This document shows positions 1-12,065 of a stretch of 64,000 bases of DNA, in pieces. The stretch is from Antedon mediterranea. Its lineage: Eukaryota; Animalia; Echinodermata. The position numbers were made by a program, and so were the translations under genes. The notes below the pieces were generated by a model. The model was not told the origin of the DNA and did no database searches. It worked only from the letters and a program-made list of their open reading frames with translations. The stretch is taken from the NCBI RefSeq assembly GCF_964355755.1, contig NC_092677.1, positions 16,638,101 to 16,702,100 on the forward strand, given 5' to 3'. How positions within the stretch are numbered: the stretch's first letter is position 1; every line of letters begins with the position of its first letter.

Positions 1-552
1 GTTCAATCTAGCCAAGATAGTGAATTAGACATTTTAGATATTGGCAGAGATAAAATTAAGGATTATCAGGTTAAGGATAGAACTTTAATTTCACTTCGAG
101 AACAGATGTTAGTACAGAAAGATGATGACACTATAAAGATAGTCTGTAAGGATGGAATTTTATTTAGGCTGGTTTTCACTAAACACCAGACAGAACCAAT
201 AGAGCAATTAGTGGTTCCATACCCTTGCCGTAATAGTGTATTGAAAGTCTCACATGATAATCCTTTGGCAGGTCATTTAGGTAGGAAAAAGACATTAGAT
301 AGGATAAAGCAGAGATTCTTTTGGCCTGGTATTAGAAAGGATGTGACCGAATATTGCAACACTTGTGAAAATTGCCAGAAAACTTCAAAGTATAAAACTA
401 AATTTAAGGACTTTATGATTCCTATGTCATTAATTAGTGAACCATTCGGACAAATTTACATGAATATTGTTTGTTCATTATTAGTAATTATTAATAATTA
501 TGTTGTATGTTATTATGGCGTATTTAAGTTTTATAGACTAGGAGTGGGTTAA
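1..552 (+). pseudogene. Ty3/Gypsy pol remnant: integrase zinc-binding (H2C2) region; catalytic core truncated
   Basis: ORF 106-552 has HDNPLAGHLGRKKTLDRIKQRFFWPGIRKDVTEYCNTCENCQK, the typical Gypsy integrase HHCC domain. It is followed by PFGQIYMNIV (start of the core), after which similarity is lost. Confidence 0.9.
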
Positions 553-625
553 ATTTTGCCACGTCCGTGTATACTTGCCCCTCAAAACTCCAAGAAAGAG
601 TTTTGAGCTCAGAAAGAGGGGGGAG

Positions 626-1026
626 TGTAATAAATTACCATTCCCTAACATATAGAGTAACATAGTATTTACATGAACATTCTAGAATAAGATGTTTTGA
701 TTTAATAAACCATGTATAATTAATAAGAACAATCAAGAACATTCCAGAAGTGCTATTAATAGAAACTGTAATCATGTAATAATGAGAAGTATAAAGAATG
801 ATCTAGAAGGATAGGAGCATCTTGTATATAAAGGGTTGTAAACTATTGTAAGGTTGTTGGATTAGAGGTTGGATTAGAGGTTGGATGTTATATTGTAAAG
901 TCATTGTGAAGCTGTTGTTTAAAGGGCTTACTGGATTGTTAAAAGTTGAAGTTGATTGAAATTAAAGCTTTGTTTTTGAGTTATTTTACAACTTTGTGGA
1001 TTTTGTGTGTATACTTTTATGTCACA
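626..1026 (+). mobile_element. 3' LTR of Gypsy element 1, preceded by a polypurine tract
   Basis: PPT AGAAAGAGGGGGGAG at 611-625 immediately precedes TGTAATAAA. The LTR ends TTTATGTCACA (TG...CA). TATA-like TATATAAA at ~825 and ATTAAA at 961. Confidence 0.75.
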
Positions 1027-1691
1027 AGGGAGTTCCTAAAGTATTTTCAACCGCTCGGAAACATACGTACGAGGAGTTCGTGACATATACACAAGTCGAT
1101 TTTTTATTGTATTGGTATAGCATTGTTGGGTCTACTTCAATTCTATACGTTTTAGTAGTAATTAGATAATTTAGCATGCCTCCAAAATCCCGATTCGTTT
1201 CTATTAATTTTTGCGACATGTTAGATCTTAACCTTTTGCCTGGCATACAGTAGGTGCCTCACGTGCTCAAAAACTTATAGAATGGAGGGAGGGGTACGGC
1301 AACATCACCCCGAACAACATAGGGAAGATAATAAGAGGCTCAGGAAAAGGCAAGTTTATGAAATGGTTGGATTTCACTCCAAACCCGAGATGGGGAGGGA
1401 GAGACGGAGACTCAACGATTTACCGTGAGCTCCGGGATACCAGCACACCACTTGAGGTTGCTTATCCACCCGACCATTCTGGGTTAGGAATAGAGTCAAG
1501 ATATTCTTCTCTACATCCTAAAACAGAGGCAAATCAGAATTACGATACAAGAGTCTCTGATATACTGTCTGATTCACCAGTAGATACTTTATCGTGCAAT
1601 TCTGGGAGGGTTCCTAAATCAAGCGCCAACAGTCCAATTGCGTATCACGATACCTGGACAACGCTTGTACGTCAGGACACTACTCCAATAT

Positions 1692-3123
1692 CAGGCCCGT
1701 AGCCAGGGGGGGTTTTTATGGTTCGGGCGAACCCCCCCCCCCCCCCCCCTTTACAGCGAACCCCCCTTAACCGACTGCGAACCCCCATCCCCGACATGCC
1801 CAATACCTCACCCTCATCTCCGAAAATCGTCCAAATACGTGCCCCACAGTACAAAAAGTTGTTCGTAAATTAAAAAATTTGTAAACTCGTTCGGAATAAC
1901 TCATACAGTACCTTCTTCCCTGTATGAGCGTACTTCGAGCGATATAGTCTGTAAATTTCTAAGAGTTGCAAATGAATTGCCGATTTTATCAACATGATAT
2001 TGACGCGTCTCACAGCGAGCTGGGGGACGAACGATTCGTACAAAGGACACCGCCAGACAACTGCGTACCAATTGTTTAGATCACTGGCAGTCAGGCAGCA
2101 TGCATAAAGTATATAGCCTTCCGACATACATCAGTATTTATGTGTGGCTATGAAGTATAATGTATCATAGAGGATTATAGTGAATATTAATATTTTACAC
2201 TATAATATCTATGGTATCATGTACTGTAGTTCACATTATGGCATCCGATTATTTTTTTCTAGACCACCAGCCGATACGTACTCAAATGTATCAATATCAC
2301 CTATTTACATTGGCATATTTAATTTCCTCAACAAATTGCTGTAAATAAATATTATAGATAGAGCTATAATAAGAATTGCATTTTTCTTCACCCAGTGTGC
2401 TTTTTTCGGGGCTTCTCCTAGACGTACGTTCGCATTGAACTTGAACGCAAAACAAAATATCGAGTAAAATGATCTAACAATCGGCGGTTCCGCACAGAGC
2501 ACGCGCATCTAACATACGGCAACAAATGTTATCGTTTAAATAGTCCACGAGTCCAAGTACGATCGTTTTGCTCATTGGTAGCATGCTGCATGAGAGTGTC
2601 TTATCCGGCCATCTAGGGGTGTCATTTAACAAAATTTGCTTCGCCGATACGTACTCAAATGTATCAATATCACCTATTTACATTGGCATATTTAATTTCC
2701 TCAACAAATTGCAGTAAATAAATATTATAGATAGAGCTATAATAAGAATTGCATTTGCCTTCACCCAGTGTGCTTTTTTCGGGGCTTCTCCTAGACGTAC
2801 GTTCGCATTGAACTTGAACGCAAAACAAAATATCGAGTAAATGATCAAACAATCGGCGGTTCCGCACAGAGCACGCGCATCTAACATACGGCAACAAATG
2901 TTATCGTTTAAATAGTCCACGAGTCCAAGTACGATCGTTTTGCTCATTGGTAGAATGCTGCATGAGAGTGTCTTTTCCGGCCATCTAGGGGTGTCATTTA
3001 ACAAAATTTGCTTCGCCTCAGGCCCACCCCAGGGGGGGGGGGGGGGTCGGTAGGTATGGGGGTGGGGTGACCCAAATACTTAGTGTGCGAACCCCCCCTT
3101 GACAGATCCTGGCTACAGCCCTG
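1692..3123. mobile_element. Non-autonomous hAT-like DNA transposon with 5-bp TSD, inserted in Gypsy 2
   Basis: TIRs CAGGCCCGTAGCCAGG (1692) and CCTGGCTACAGCCCTG (ends 3123). Flanking direct repeat AATAT at 1687-1691 and 3124-3128. Poly-C/poly-G subterminal tracts. Confidence 0.85.
2270..3017. repeat. Near-perfect 373-bp tandem duplication inside the hAT-like element
   Basis: GCCGATACGTACTCAAATG starts at 2270 and 2643; both copies end TTTGCTTCGCC. Confidence 0.95.
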
Positions 3124-3279
3124 AATATCCTACTACCTACTTTCCAACTGGATACCCGAAAAACATCTACCTGGCTGGATAATTGTGGGACGCATTTTAA
3201 TTATAAAACCAGTGGTACGCCAGTCTATTATCAGACCCAAGCCACATCAACATACCAAGCGCCACAAGATAGGCCCACA

Positions 3280-4461
3280 ATGTATGATAGGGAAAGAAAA
3301 GATTTTTATAGCTCCTATAACACCCAACAGACTCCAGTCTCTTATGAACCTTGTTATGATCACAGGGAACTAAGGGATAGGAGATCTCAACCCTCCACAA
3401 GGCGTGCCTCTAGAGGTGAACCTCAGACACGACATGTTGGTTGGGCCTGGGAGGATGACTCTGATAGTGAAAGTGAGCATGATGCGTATTTAGCTGACTT
3501 CCGGGAATTCTTGAGGAATACTGAATGTAGAACCCTTAGGCGGCAGAAGCATTTTAGGCCCAAGGATATTCCCAAAAGTCTAGTATTTAATGGCAAGGAT
3601 AATTGGGTTCTCTTTAAGGAACGCTTCCTCAATTACGCTGACGAGCATGACCTCAGCAATAGGGGAATGCGCAATGCTTTCAGTTGGTGCGTTACCGGCA
3701 TAGCTGCTGAGTATTTTATTAATTTAACTGACATGAATGTAGATATCTCTTTCAGACACATCGTACAAGCTTTTGACGAACGCTTTAGGGCCGAAGAGTT
3801 ACCCGAGGTCTTGGAAGTGAAATTCGAAGCTGCTGTACAGCATTAAGGAGAATCTATAGAAGATTGGGGCGACAGAGTTCTCACACTGACTAGAAAAGCC
3901 TTTAGCGATCTCCCGCAAGGTTGGATCTGTCAAAGGGTGGTTGTGAAATTCTGTGTGGGTTGTCTTGACACTGACGCTGGGCAGTATATGCTTCACCAGA
4001 ACTATACCACCCTGACTGAAGCAATGGCAGCTTACGAGAAGTACACTGAGCTGAGAGAACTCTGCCTTCGTACGAGGAGTAGACAACAGGAACCAGTGAA
4101 GCCGCATGTCCGGTTTACCACCATGCCAAAACATCTGGAACACCCAACCTCATCCAGGTATAGAGGGGAATTTTTTGATGGTGGGGCAGAGGTAGAGGTT
4201 CGGAAGGTAAGTAAACCTAGCAAGGGTCGGACTCGCCCGGCGAGCCAGCGAAACCCTACCGTTCCTAGGCTAACGAAGAAGCCTGATCCCAAGGATCACC
4301 GGTTACCTTCACAGCCAAACCCAGAACCCACTGATGGAGCCGTCGAGTCTAAAATAGTTCAACCGGATAACAGGGGCACTCGCCTAGTAAGTGAGTTGTC
4401 GAACCGAATCAACCAGTTGACAACCAAATTTGATATTCTGCTAACTACACTACAACGATAA
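3280..4461 (+). pseudogene. Gypsy gag (capsid-like), split by an in-frame stop at 3844-3846
   Basis: IPKSLVFNGKDNWVLFKERF...GIAAEYF...FDERF motifs typical of Gypsy gag. ORFs 3280 and 3937 are in the same frame. Confidence 0.75.
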
Positions 4462-4631
4462 CCCAAGGCAACACCAACACCGGTTAGACAGGACCCAGCA
4501 TTGTCACCCCGAGTGTGTGTTGAGGGCCAGGAACCCGGTCAACAGGTTTGTCAATTTGGGTCAGAAGGTAAGCAGACGTCAAACTAGAGCAGGTTGGGAA
4601 CGCAGCCCAGCTTCTCAACCTGTCATCTTCT

Positions 4632-5931
4632 ATGGGCTCTGACTCAAAGGCTGAAATACATAAAAAGAATCATAATGTCAATGATAATAATAATGTCCAT
4701 GATAATAATAGTGTTTCTATGAGTACTTTTTCAGAGAACACGCTGGCACTACTCCCATGTTGCAAAGGTTCATTTGTAGGCACTACTCCGACCGACGATC
4801 TGTTGGGGCCGAGTGCAACAAACCAAACTCAAACCGTGGAGGTAGAGACCAAAGCAGATGAGACTGAAAAAACCATCATTATCAACAGAGTACAATCCAA
4901 CCGGGCCTTATTCACCACTGCCTGCGTAAATCAAACCGAAGTGACAGCTGTTGTGGACACGGCTGCGGAACGGACAATACTCTCAGATAATGTATACTCA
5001 CGTTTATTGTCTAAACCACCTATTGTAGCCGAGCTTAACTTTAATCTAGCAGGTAGAGGTACATCAATGCCTGGTTACAAGGTTGTTAACTTTAGATTGG
5101 GATCTGATGTCTACACTGAATTCTTCTATGTAGCACCGATTCATGATGAAATGTTACTAGGTCAGGATTTTCTGGTGAAAAAACAAGGCCATGATAGACT
5201 GCGGACGTTTGCTATTAACAATAGGCTCAAGCACGGTATCTGTGAGGAAAAATCGGGAATCCGAATCCTCGAGAATCGCCAGTGTCCTTGTTGCCAAGCG
5301 TAGAGTGATACCACCACACTCAGTAATGCATGTCCACCGTCAACTCGTACCTAACCATTTACCATTACCAGATTACATTATAGGTACAGAGATGAATTCT
5401 TCGTTGGCAATTCCAGTTACCACACACCAGGGATTGCGGAAGTCGCACCTGTGTGTGGTCAACACTTCTAATCAGTACATCACATTGAAGAAGGGCAGGA
5501 ACATTGCCACAGCCACGGAGACCAAGCCGATGGAAGGGGGTGCGGTTAACGCTGCTGACGTGTGTTCAGTACCCAGCAATGATGTGCCTGTTTCGGCAGG
5601 ACCCAGTCATCTGGTCAACATACTCAGTGCATTGTGTGCCCATCCCGCCTCCATTAAGGATGCAGGACTGTCTTCTCTTGCCACTCAGGAGAAAAGGTTA
5701 AGCCTGAATGCAGTGTATTGTTTGGAGGAATCCGAGCACTGCATTGTCACTCTAGAAGTTGCTCAGATTCGACACACAAGTGGCGAGATAGGGAGTGAGG
5801 GTTTTGTTTGGGACCCAGGAGGTTTAAGGACCATTACAGAAACCCGGGCCCCAAATGGATTTAATTACTTGTATATTCACAGGACGAAGGTTGCATGGTC
5901 ACGGCAGTTCAGCCTGAGATACCGACTTTAG
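4632..5931 (+). pseudogene. Gypsy aspartic protease and downstream pol N-terminal region (frameshifted)
   Basis: AVVDTAAERTILS (D-T/S-G/A active site) and EMLLGQDFL motifs. Continues in ORF 5191-5931. Confidence 0.85.
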
Positions 5932-6472
5932 GAGCTAATTCTTCCAGCCCAAGTTTGAAATTCTTTTGGTTGAATAAAGCCGCTCTACACTCGTCCGATG
6001 ATGGACTCTCATTTCGTATAAGGTAAAAAGGTTATTGGATTTACCTGTGGGGAGACGCAGCGATGCATGGAAAGGGATAACGATTTCCGTGTCCTCACAC
6101 GACAAGGGCTATGTGCTATACCTTAGCCAGCCACAGGGCAAATCCACGAAGCTGTGTCTCCTATGGACCAGTACTGTTATCAAATTGATTAGCCTAAGAC
6201 TGTTCTTTGTCTCGCTGAGAAGAAGGGTGAAGTAACTCCAACCTCGCGACTGACAGCCCCTGGGTAGTTAACTGACCGTTTACCACATTGCTATCCTGGG
6301 CTGGATCTGATTCACTGTGGAAGATGTGTAGAATGGTTATCTTTGCAGATTTTCAATTGGGATGGACTTTTCTGAGTTTACCTCAAATCCTCCTAATTAA
6401 TCAGTCTCGATTGCTACCAGGCACTGGTCCACATCAGAACACTGGGCTCAGCCTTTATAAAATTGGGAGGAG

Positions 6473-7129
6473 TGTAGTGAAAACCCCCTTATATAATAAT
6501 GGGTCGGCCCAAGGTGTGACCCGAGGTCACGTGCGTTACTGACCGGTGCCGGAGCGGGCTCTTTGAACGCATGACATTAGACGGAACGGACGTAAATCGT
6601 GACTAGGCCTAAGCCTATGCTGTATCAGTATCAGCCATTACGCACGTTCCCTGGTGTTTGATATACACTAGCCTATAGCCAGCAGGGTTTCCTGTGTAAA
6701 CTTCCCAGCCTAGACTGAGCGGTATATAAGCCAGTTCTACGGGAATATTGGTGGAACAACAGGTATTCACTGTGATTGAATAGGTTATAGGCCTATAGTA
6801 TAGTTTAAGCCTCATTGCTACTATTACGAGGTACGAGCCACAAGGGGTCAAGCTCAACCCTACTAGCCTAGCTAGTACTGCGGGATTGCTCACTGGGTAG
6901 CCACACACATACACAGCAACGGAATTAAGGTACGTTTAGTCCTCCTAGGCTGGCCTGTGTGTTTATCACTACCAGCAGCCACACATCGGAGTGGGCTGTT
7001 CGTACTCTTCTGTGTATCACACTTCATCTGGGCCACCAGGGGGCAAGAGACCAGTCCCGCCTAACAGGTAAGCTAGTACGCCTTGTGTAATAATTGTAGT
7101 AGCTTCGCACTCTCGGCCGTTTTACAACA
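6473..7129 (+). mobile_element. 3' LTR of Gypsy element 2
   Basis: Purine run GGGAGGAG ends at 6472, then TGTAGTGAAAA ... TTTTACAACA (imperfect inverted termini, TG..CA). TATATAAG at ~6723. GC content falls abruptly after 7130. Confidence 0.75.
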
Positions 7130-8375
7130 AATCATCCAGACATAAAATGAACGATTATGATCGTAGCAAGATGCACCATAAAACAAAACCAGGCCCTGCT
7201 ACATATTTTACATGATTATGCATAACTTTGTTCAAAGCGTTTTTATAAAATGTAGGCTAACAGAGACTGTTTGTATGTGCTTTCCCTGAAATATGCTTTT
7301 TAATGACCAGCCCAAATATCTTTGAGTATGAACCTAAATCCGTGTTGTTAATGTTGGTTATATGATATGAATATTGTAATAACCCACCTCCAAGCTACTT
7401 TAAATAATTGAAACTTGTACTGTTTGCAAGTATTTGATTCAAAACAGGAAGTGTATGAAAAAAGATAATGTATCAACTCCAACCTCTATGATATATAATT
7501 TCCGTAGATAGAAGACATATGACTTTGTATGATAACAATTGCAATATAATACAAAGACATTAATTAATCTAAACAATTTTATTTAACAACAAAAATACAA
7601 AAGGATGATACTACATCACTTGCTACTTAAACCGAAATGATTATTGAATGTAATTGTATTATACGTTGGGAATGAAAGTCTACCATCAAGATAATCAATA
7701 TTCCTCAATGTAATATTTATATAAGGACCACCTAGGCAGTATGGGCTAGGCAGTATGGGTTAGGCTACATTTAAAAGGGGAGACACACATTTAGATATAT
7801 ATTGATACTTTATTTAAGCGATTCTTATTTAACACTCAAATATATTATTGATATAAAGTTTGCCGTACATCACGTGCGTGGATCTGAAAAGAACTGTTGA
7901 GTTTCTTGAAGTTTCAACTAATACGTTTTGATCGTTCTCATGAGTAAAAATGCAAGAAATCTAGGAACTTGGGGGAATATTAATGGAACTAAGTGTAAGA
8001 TAAATAATAACAAGGACGGGGATAGAAAGTAGCAATGGTGAACAGAAACTAGATAAAAAGAGCATTGTTTTCCCGGACCTCCTACATTCTCACTCCTGTT
8101 GATGATCATAGCATATTAAAATTTCGGGAAACGACACAGTTATACAAAACTACACACGTGGTGTACTAACATATTGATTTTCGCCATGAAAACTTTCAAA
8201 CAATATATTGTAACTTACACAATGCTTTACAAACGGCACAATATAAAATGAGTTTCAAATATTGAAATTTTATTTTGTAGCTGATTACAACCTGTCCATC
8301 AAATTGCTTTAGAGCTAATAATTTACATCTCCTTGGTAACACTAAACTATCATTTTCATGTTAATTTGTTTGATC

Positions 8376-9754
8376 GTGAATACTATGAATGCTCAGAAAA
8401 TTGATTGTGAATACTATGAATGCTCAGAACATTGATTGTGAATACTATGAATGCTCAGAACATTGATTGTGAATACTATGAATGCTCAGAACATTGATTG
8501 TGAATGCTATGAATGCTCAGAACATTGATTGTGAATACTATGAATGCTCAGAACATTGATTGTGAATACTATGAATGCTCAGAAAATTGATTGTGAATAC
8601 TAATTATGAATGCTCAGAACATTGATTGTGAATACTATGAATGCTCAGAACATTGATTGTGAATACTATGAATGCTCAGAACATTGATTGTGAATACTAT
8701 GAATGCTCAGAACATTGATTGTGAATACTATGAATGCTCAGAACATTGATTGTGAATACTATGAATGCTCAGAACATTGATTGTGAATGCTATGAATGCT
8801 CAGAACATTGATTGTGAATACTATGAATGCTCAGAACATTGATTGTGAATACTATGAATGCTCAGAAAATTGATTGTGAATACTAATTATGAATGCTCAG
8901 AACATTGATTGTGAATACTATGAATGCTCAGAACATTGATTGTGAATACTATGAATGCTCAGAACATTGATTGTGAATACTATGAATGCTCAGAACATTG
9001 ATTGTGAATACTATGAATGCTCAGAACATTGATTGTGAATACTATGAATGCTCAGAACATTGATTGTGAATAATATGAATGCTCAGAACATTGATTGTGA
9101 ATACTATGAATGCTCAGAACATTGATTGTGAATACTATGAATGCTCAGAACATTGATTGTGAATACTATGAATGCTCAGAACATTGATTGTGAATACTAT
9201 GAATGCTCAGAACATTGATTGTGAATACTATGAATGCTCAGAATATTGATTGTGAATACTATGAATGCTCAGAACATTGATTGTGAATACTATGAATGCT
9301 CAGAACATTGATTGTGAATACTATGAATGCTCAGAACATTGATTGTGAATACTAATTATGAATGCTCAGAACATTGATTGTGAATACTATGAATGCTCAG
9401 AACATTGATTGTGAATACTAATTATGAATGCTCAGAACATTGATTGTGAATACTATGAATGCTAGAACATTGATTGTGAATACTAATTATGAATGCTCAG
9501 AACATTGATTGTGAATACTATGAATGCTCAGAACATTGATTGTGAATACTATGAATGCTCAGAACATTGATTGTGAATACTATGAATGCTCGGAACATTT
9601 ATTGTGAATACTATGAATGCTCAGAACATTGATTGTGAATACTATGAATGCTCAGAACATTGATTGTGAATACTATGAATGCTCAGAACATTGATTGTGA
9701 ATACTATGAATGCTCAGAACATTGATTGTGAATACTATGAATGCTCAGAACATT
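8376..9754. repeat. 31-bp minisatellite, ~44 copies (GTGAATACTATGAATGCTCAGAACATTGATT)
   Basis: Directly visible head-to-tail repeats with no spacers; a few 4-bp insertion variants. Confidence 0.98.
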
Positions 9755-9823
9755 CATTATCTATTGTAGTGTGTGAACATGACAGATAATCTTGTTTTTT
9801 CTCTCTTTTATTGCCTACGTTAA

Positions 9824-9931
9824 AGCTATGTCTAGCAAAAAAATTGTGATATGCATAAATATGGTAGTGGTATGACATCATAATGTCTATATGTGTTTGG
9901 TCACATCAGGTTTGGTAGTGTAGACAGAGCT
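9824..9931. mobile_element. Short TTAA-flanked MITE (piggyBac/Kolobok-type target site)
   Basis: TTAA|AGCTATGTCTA...TAGACAGAGCT|TTAA. Related copies at ~31345-31449 and 53337-53462 share the AATATGGTAGT core and GTGTAGACAGGGCT end. Confidence 0.65.
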
Positions 9932-10749
9932 TTAACTTGTTTTCATTTCAATTTTCAACATTTCTTTTCTTTTAAGAAAGTTATGTTTGTTTCTACGAAA
10001 GTTAATAATATTAAAACAAATGAAGAAAATATTCCGCAAAATTACATTACGTACTATTATTGAGTACAGTACATTGAGAGAATATGATGCATTCCTAGTA
10101 ACATAATGTTGAAAGCAGTTCAATTATGAAATAGAATACAATGACCAATAATGGTCTCTATATTGAATACTAACCAGCAACTACATTATGTATCTTGCTT
10201 AAAATTACACTTATGTAAAATATACAGAATCACTTACCAACTATATTTTACCAAAGTAAACAATTAACCGCCACAATCATTAAAAGCACAAGCCTACTGA
10301 GTAAAGCAAGCATGCTTAACAAGCCTAATTTGCATAAGATACGTTGTACAGTATTTTATTTGACAATTTGTATTGAGTCGTCGTCGGACACAATTCGATT
10401 GATCATAGGTCCAGAAATTTAGTTCACATCATTTTATTTAGATGTACAGTCGTTGTTGATATCAATTTCACATAACTTAACAACTTGACCAAATGACGTA
10501 ATAATTTAATAATTTCAAAAATTCTAGGTCGTCGCAAACGAAAGCTGCCTAGACTACCACTAGTGCTGACCACAGCAATAATGTAAGTATTATGAATATT
10601 AATGTTATCATTTAAACAATACAAAAAAAGCAATTTATTTATTTACTAGTATTTATTTTGGGTAAATTCTTCAGTCAGAGATTCTCCCAGAAAGACTAGT
10701 TAATTGTCACAGTTGTTGTATATGTCTAGTACACCGGTATATCGAAAGA

Positions 10750-10940
10750 TATAATATGCTATTTAAAGTGGACATGAACCAGATGTGTACACCTACGGTT
10801 TAAAGTCCTTATCCGAGAAAACTCGTTCAACCATCATAACCATGGAGCGAGTGAGCCTCTGACCCTTGTTGATATTGTGGCTACGTATCGGCCACTCACT
10901 CGCTCCAAAAATATATTGTCTTGGGGCACACACGACTTTG
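10750..10940 (-). mobile_element. SINE fragment with a conserved central (Nin/Deu-like) motif
   Basis: Minus strand reads CTCGGATAAGGACTTTAAACCGTAGG, resembling the conserved core of metazoan SINE superfamilies. Internal hairpin GGAGCGAGTGAG...CTCACTCGCTCC. Confidence 0.45.
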
Positions 10941-11710
10941 CATAATAATGATGATAATCCATACATTTTTGTAAAAAAAGTTCAAATGGCGCTATAATAA
11001 GTTTGAATTTAGTTTACAATACAATATTTCATTTAAAAAGACGCATAAAAATATCTATTATTATAATAAATTTGAATTTATTACTCCTTCTCCTTCTAAA
11101 CAGTCCCCTTTATCAAATCCGGCTATGTTAGTACGCCAAATTCCAATATATTTTCGATGGCCAAATGCCACGTTCGGTTAATCGCGGTCATATTCTTTAT
11201 GTCAAAATCATGTCACAGAGATATTAACATCACACATTTAGATAGTGCAAGTCTTGAATGGTACACATTTAATTTATTTTAAATAGAATTCACTACCATT
11301 GTATCAACAATTTTTTAATTTATAAACAAGCAAGAGTAGACTACTGCTATATATTTATGTTAACAGACTACATTTAATGTAGAAATAAATACTATGGTCC
11401 TATTGCAATAACTTTTTTGTCTTTAAACATTTAAAAATGTAAAAAATAAGTCGATTCTAATAATTCGAAATCACAAGAAGTGTAAAATACAGTAAAACAG
11501 TGAATGTATGTGGCGAGGCGGTTTATTCGAGGAAAAAATAACGCTCCACGCGCTTATTATAAAAATATAAGAAGGTGGTGAGTGTGAGGAGGAGGTAATA
11601 TTTGATATGTATTAATTGTGATGAGGATTACTATACTATAAAACTGTTTTGTAGAGGCTCGCTTGACACGATGGTTATCCAGTGCTAGGTATTGATGAAT
11701 AACTTTCTAT

Positions 11711-12065
11711 AGGCGCTACCGAAAATGAAAAGCGTAACCTAAATAGAATAGTCAAGACCGCATCGCGTATTGAATCTGCACAATTGCCTTTGGAGAACAT
11801 TTTTTTTCGGATCGTCTTCTAAAAAAAAGCCAGTGGTTATCAAAGATGATCAATTTCATTCGGCCTCTAGTATGTTCCAGTTGATGCGCAGCGGTCGGCG
11901 ATTCCGTTCTATTAAGACCAATAAGGCACGATTTACAAATAGTTTCTTTCTAGGAGCTATTAGAGCCTTAAACATCATGTAAACACTCCAACAACAGAGC
12001 AAACATAATTTCTATATTTTTTTCTTAAAACAAATGACAATAAATGATACTTGACTTGACATGAC
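11711..12065 (+). mobile_element. 3' end of a Rex1/Babar-type LINE (5' truncated)
   Basis: Translates TENEKRNLNRIVKTASRI and SGRRFRSIKTNKARFTNSFFLGAIRALN (Rex1-like C-terminus), followed by AATAAA and a (CTTGA)n tail. Confidence 0.8.

Larger units (their letters stand above)
1027..7129 (+). mobile_element. Degenerate Ty3/Gypsy LTR retrotransposon 2 (gag and protease present; RT/RNaseH/integrase largely deleted)
   Basis: Gag-like ORFs 3280-3846 and 3937-4461, protease ORF 4632-5303, a short pol-linker remnant near 5940-6010 (SSPSLKFFWLNKAAL), then PPT and LTR. The 5' end is interrupted by element 1. Confidence 0.8.

Noticed and set aside
2305-3004. Paired ORFs in the 373-bp duplication
   Set aside because: No recognisable motifs, and frames differ between copies by indels; non-coding transposon interior.
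8376-9754. 31-bp repeats as a CRISPR array
   Set aside because: Units are contiguous with no unique spacers, there are no cas genes, and the context is eukaryotic.
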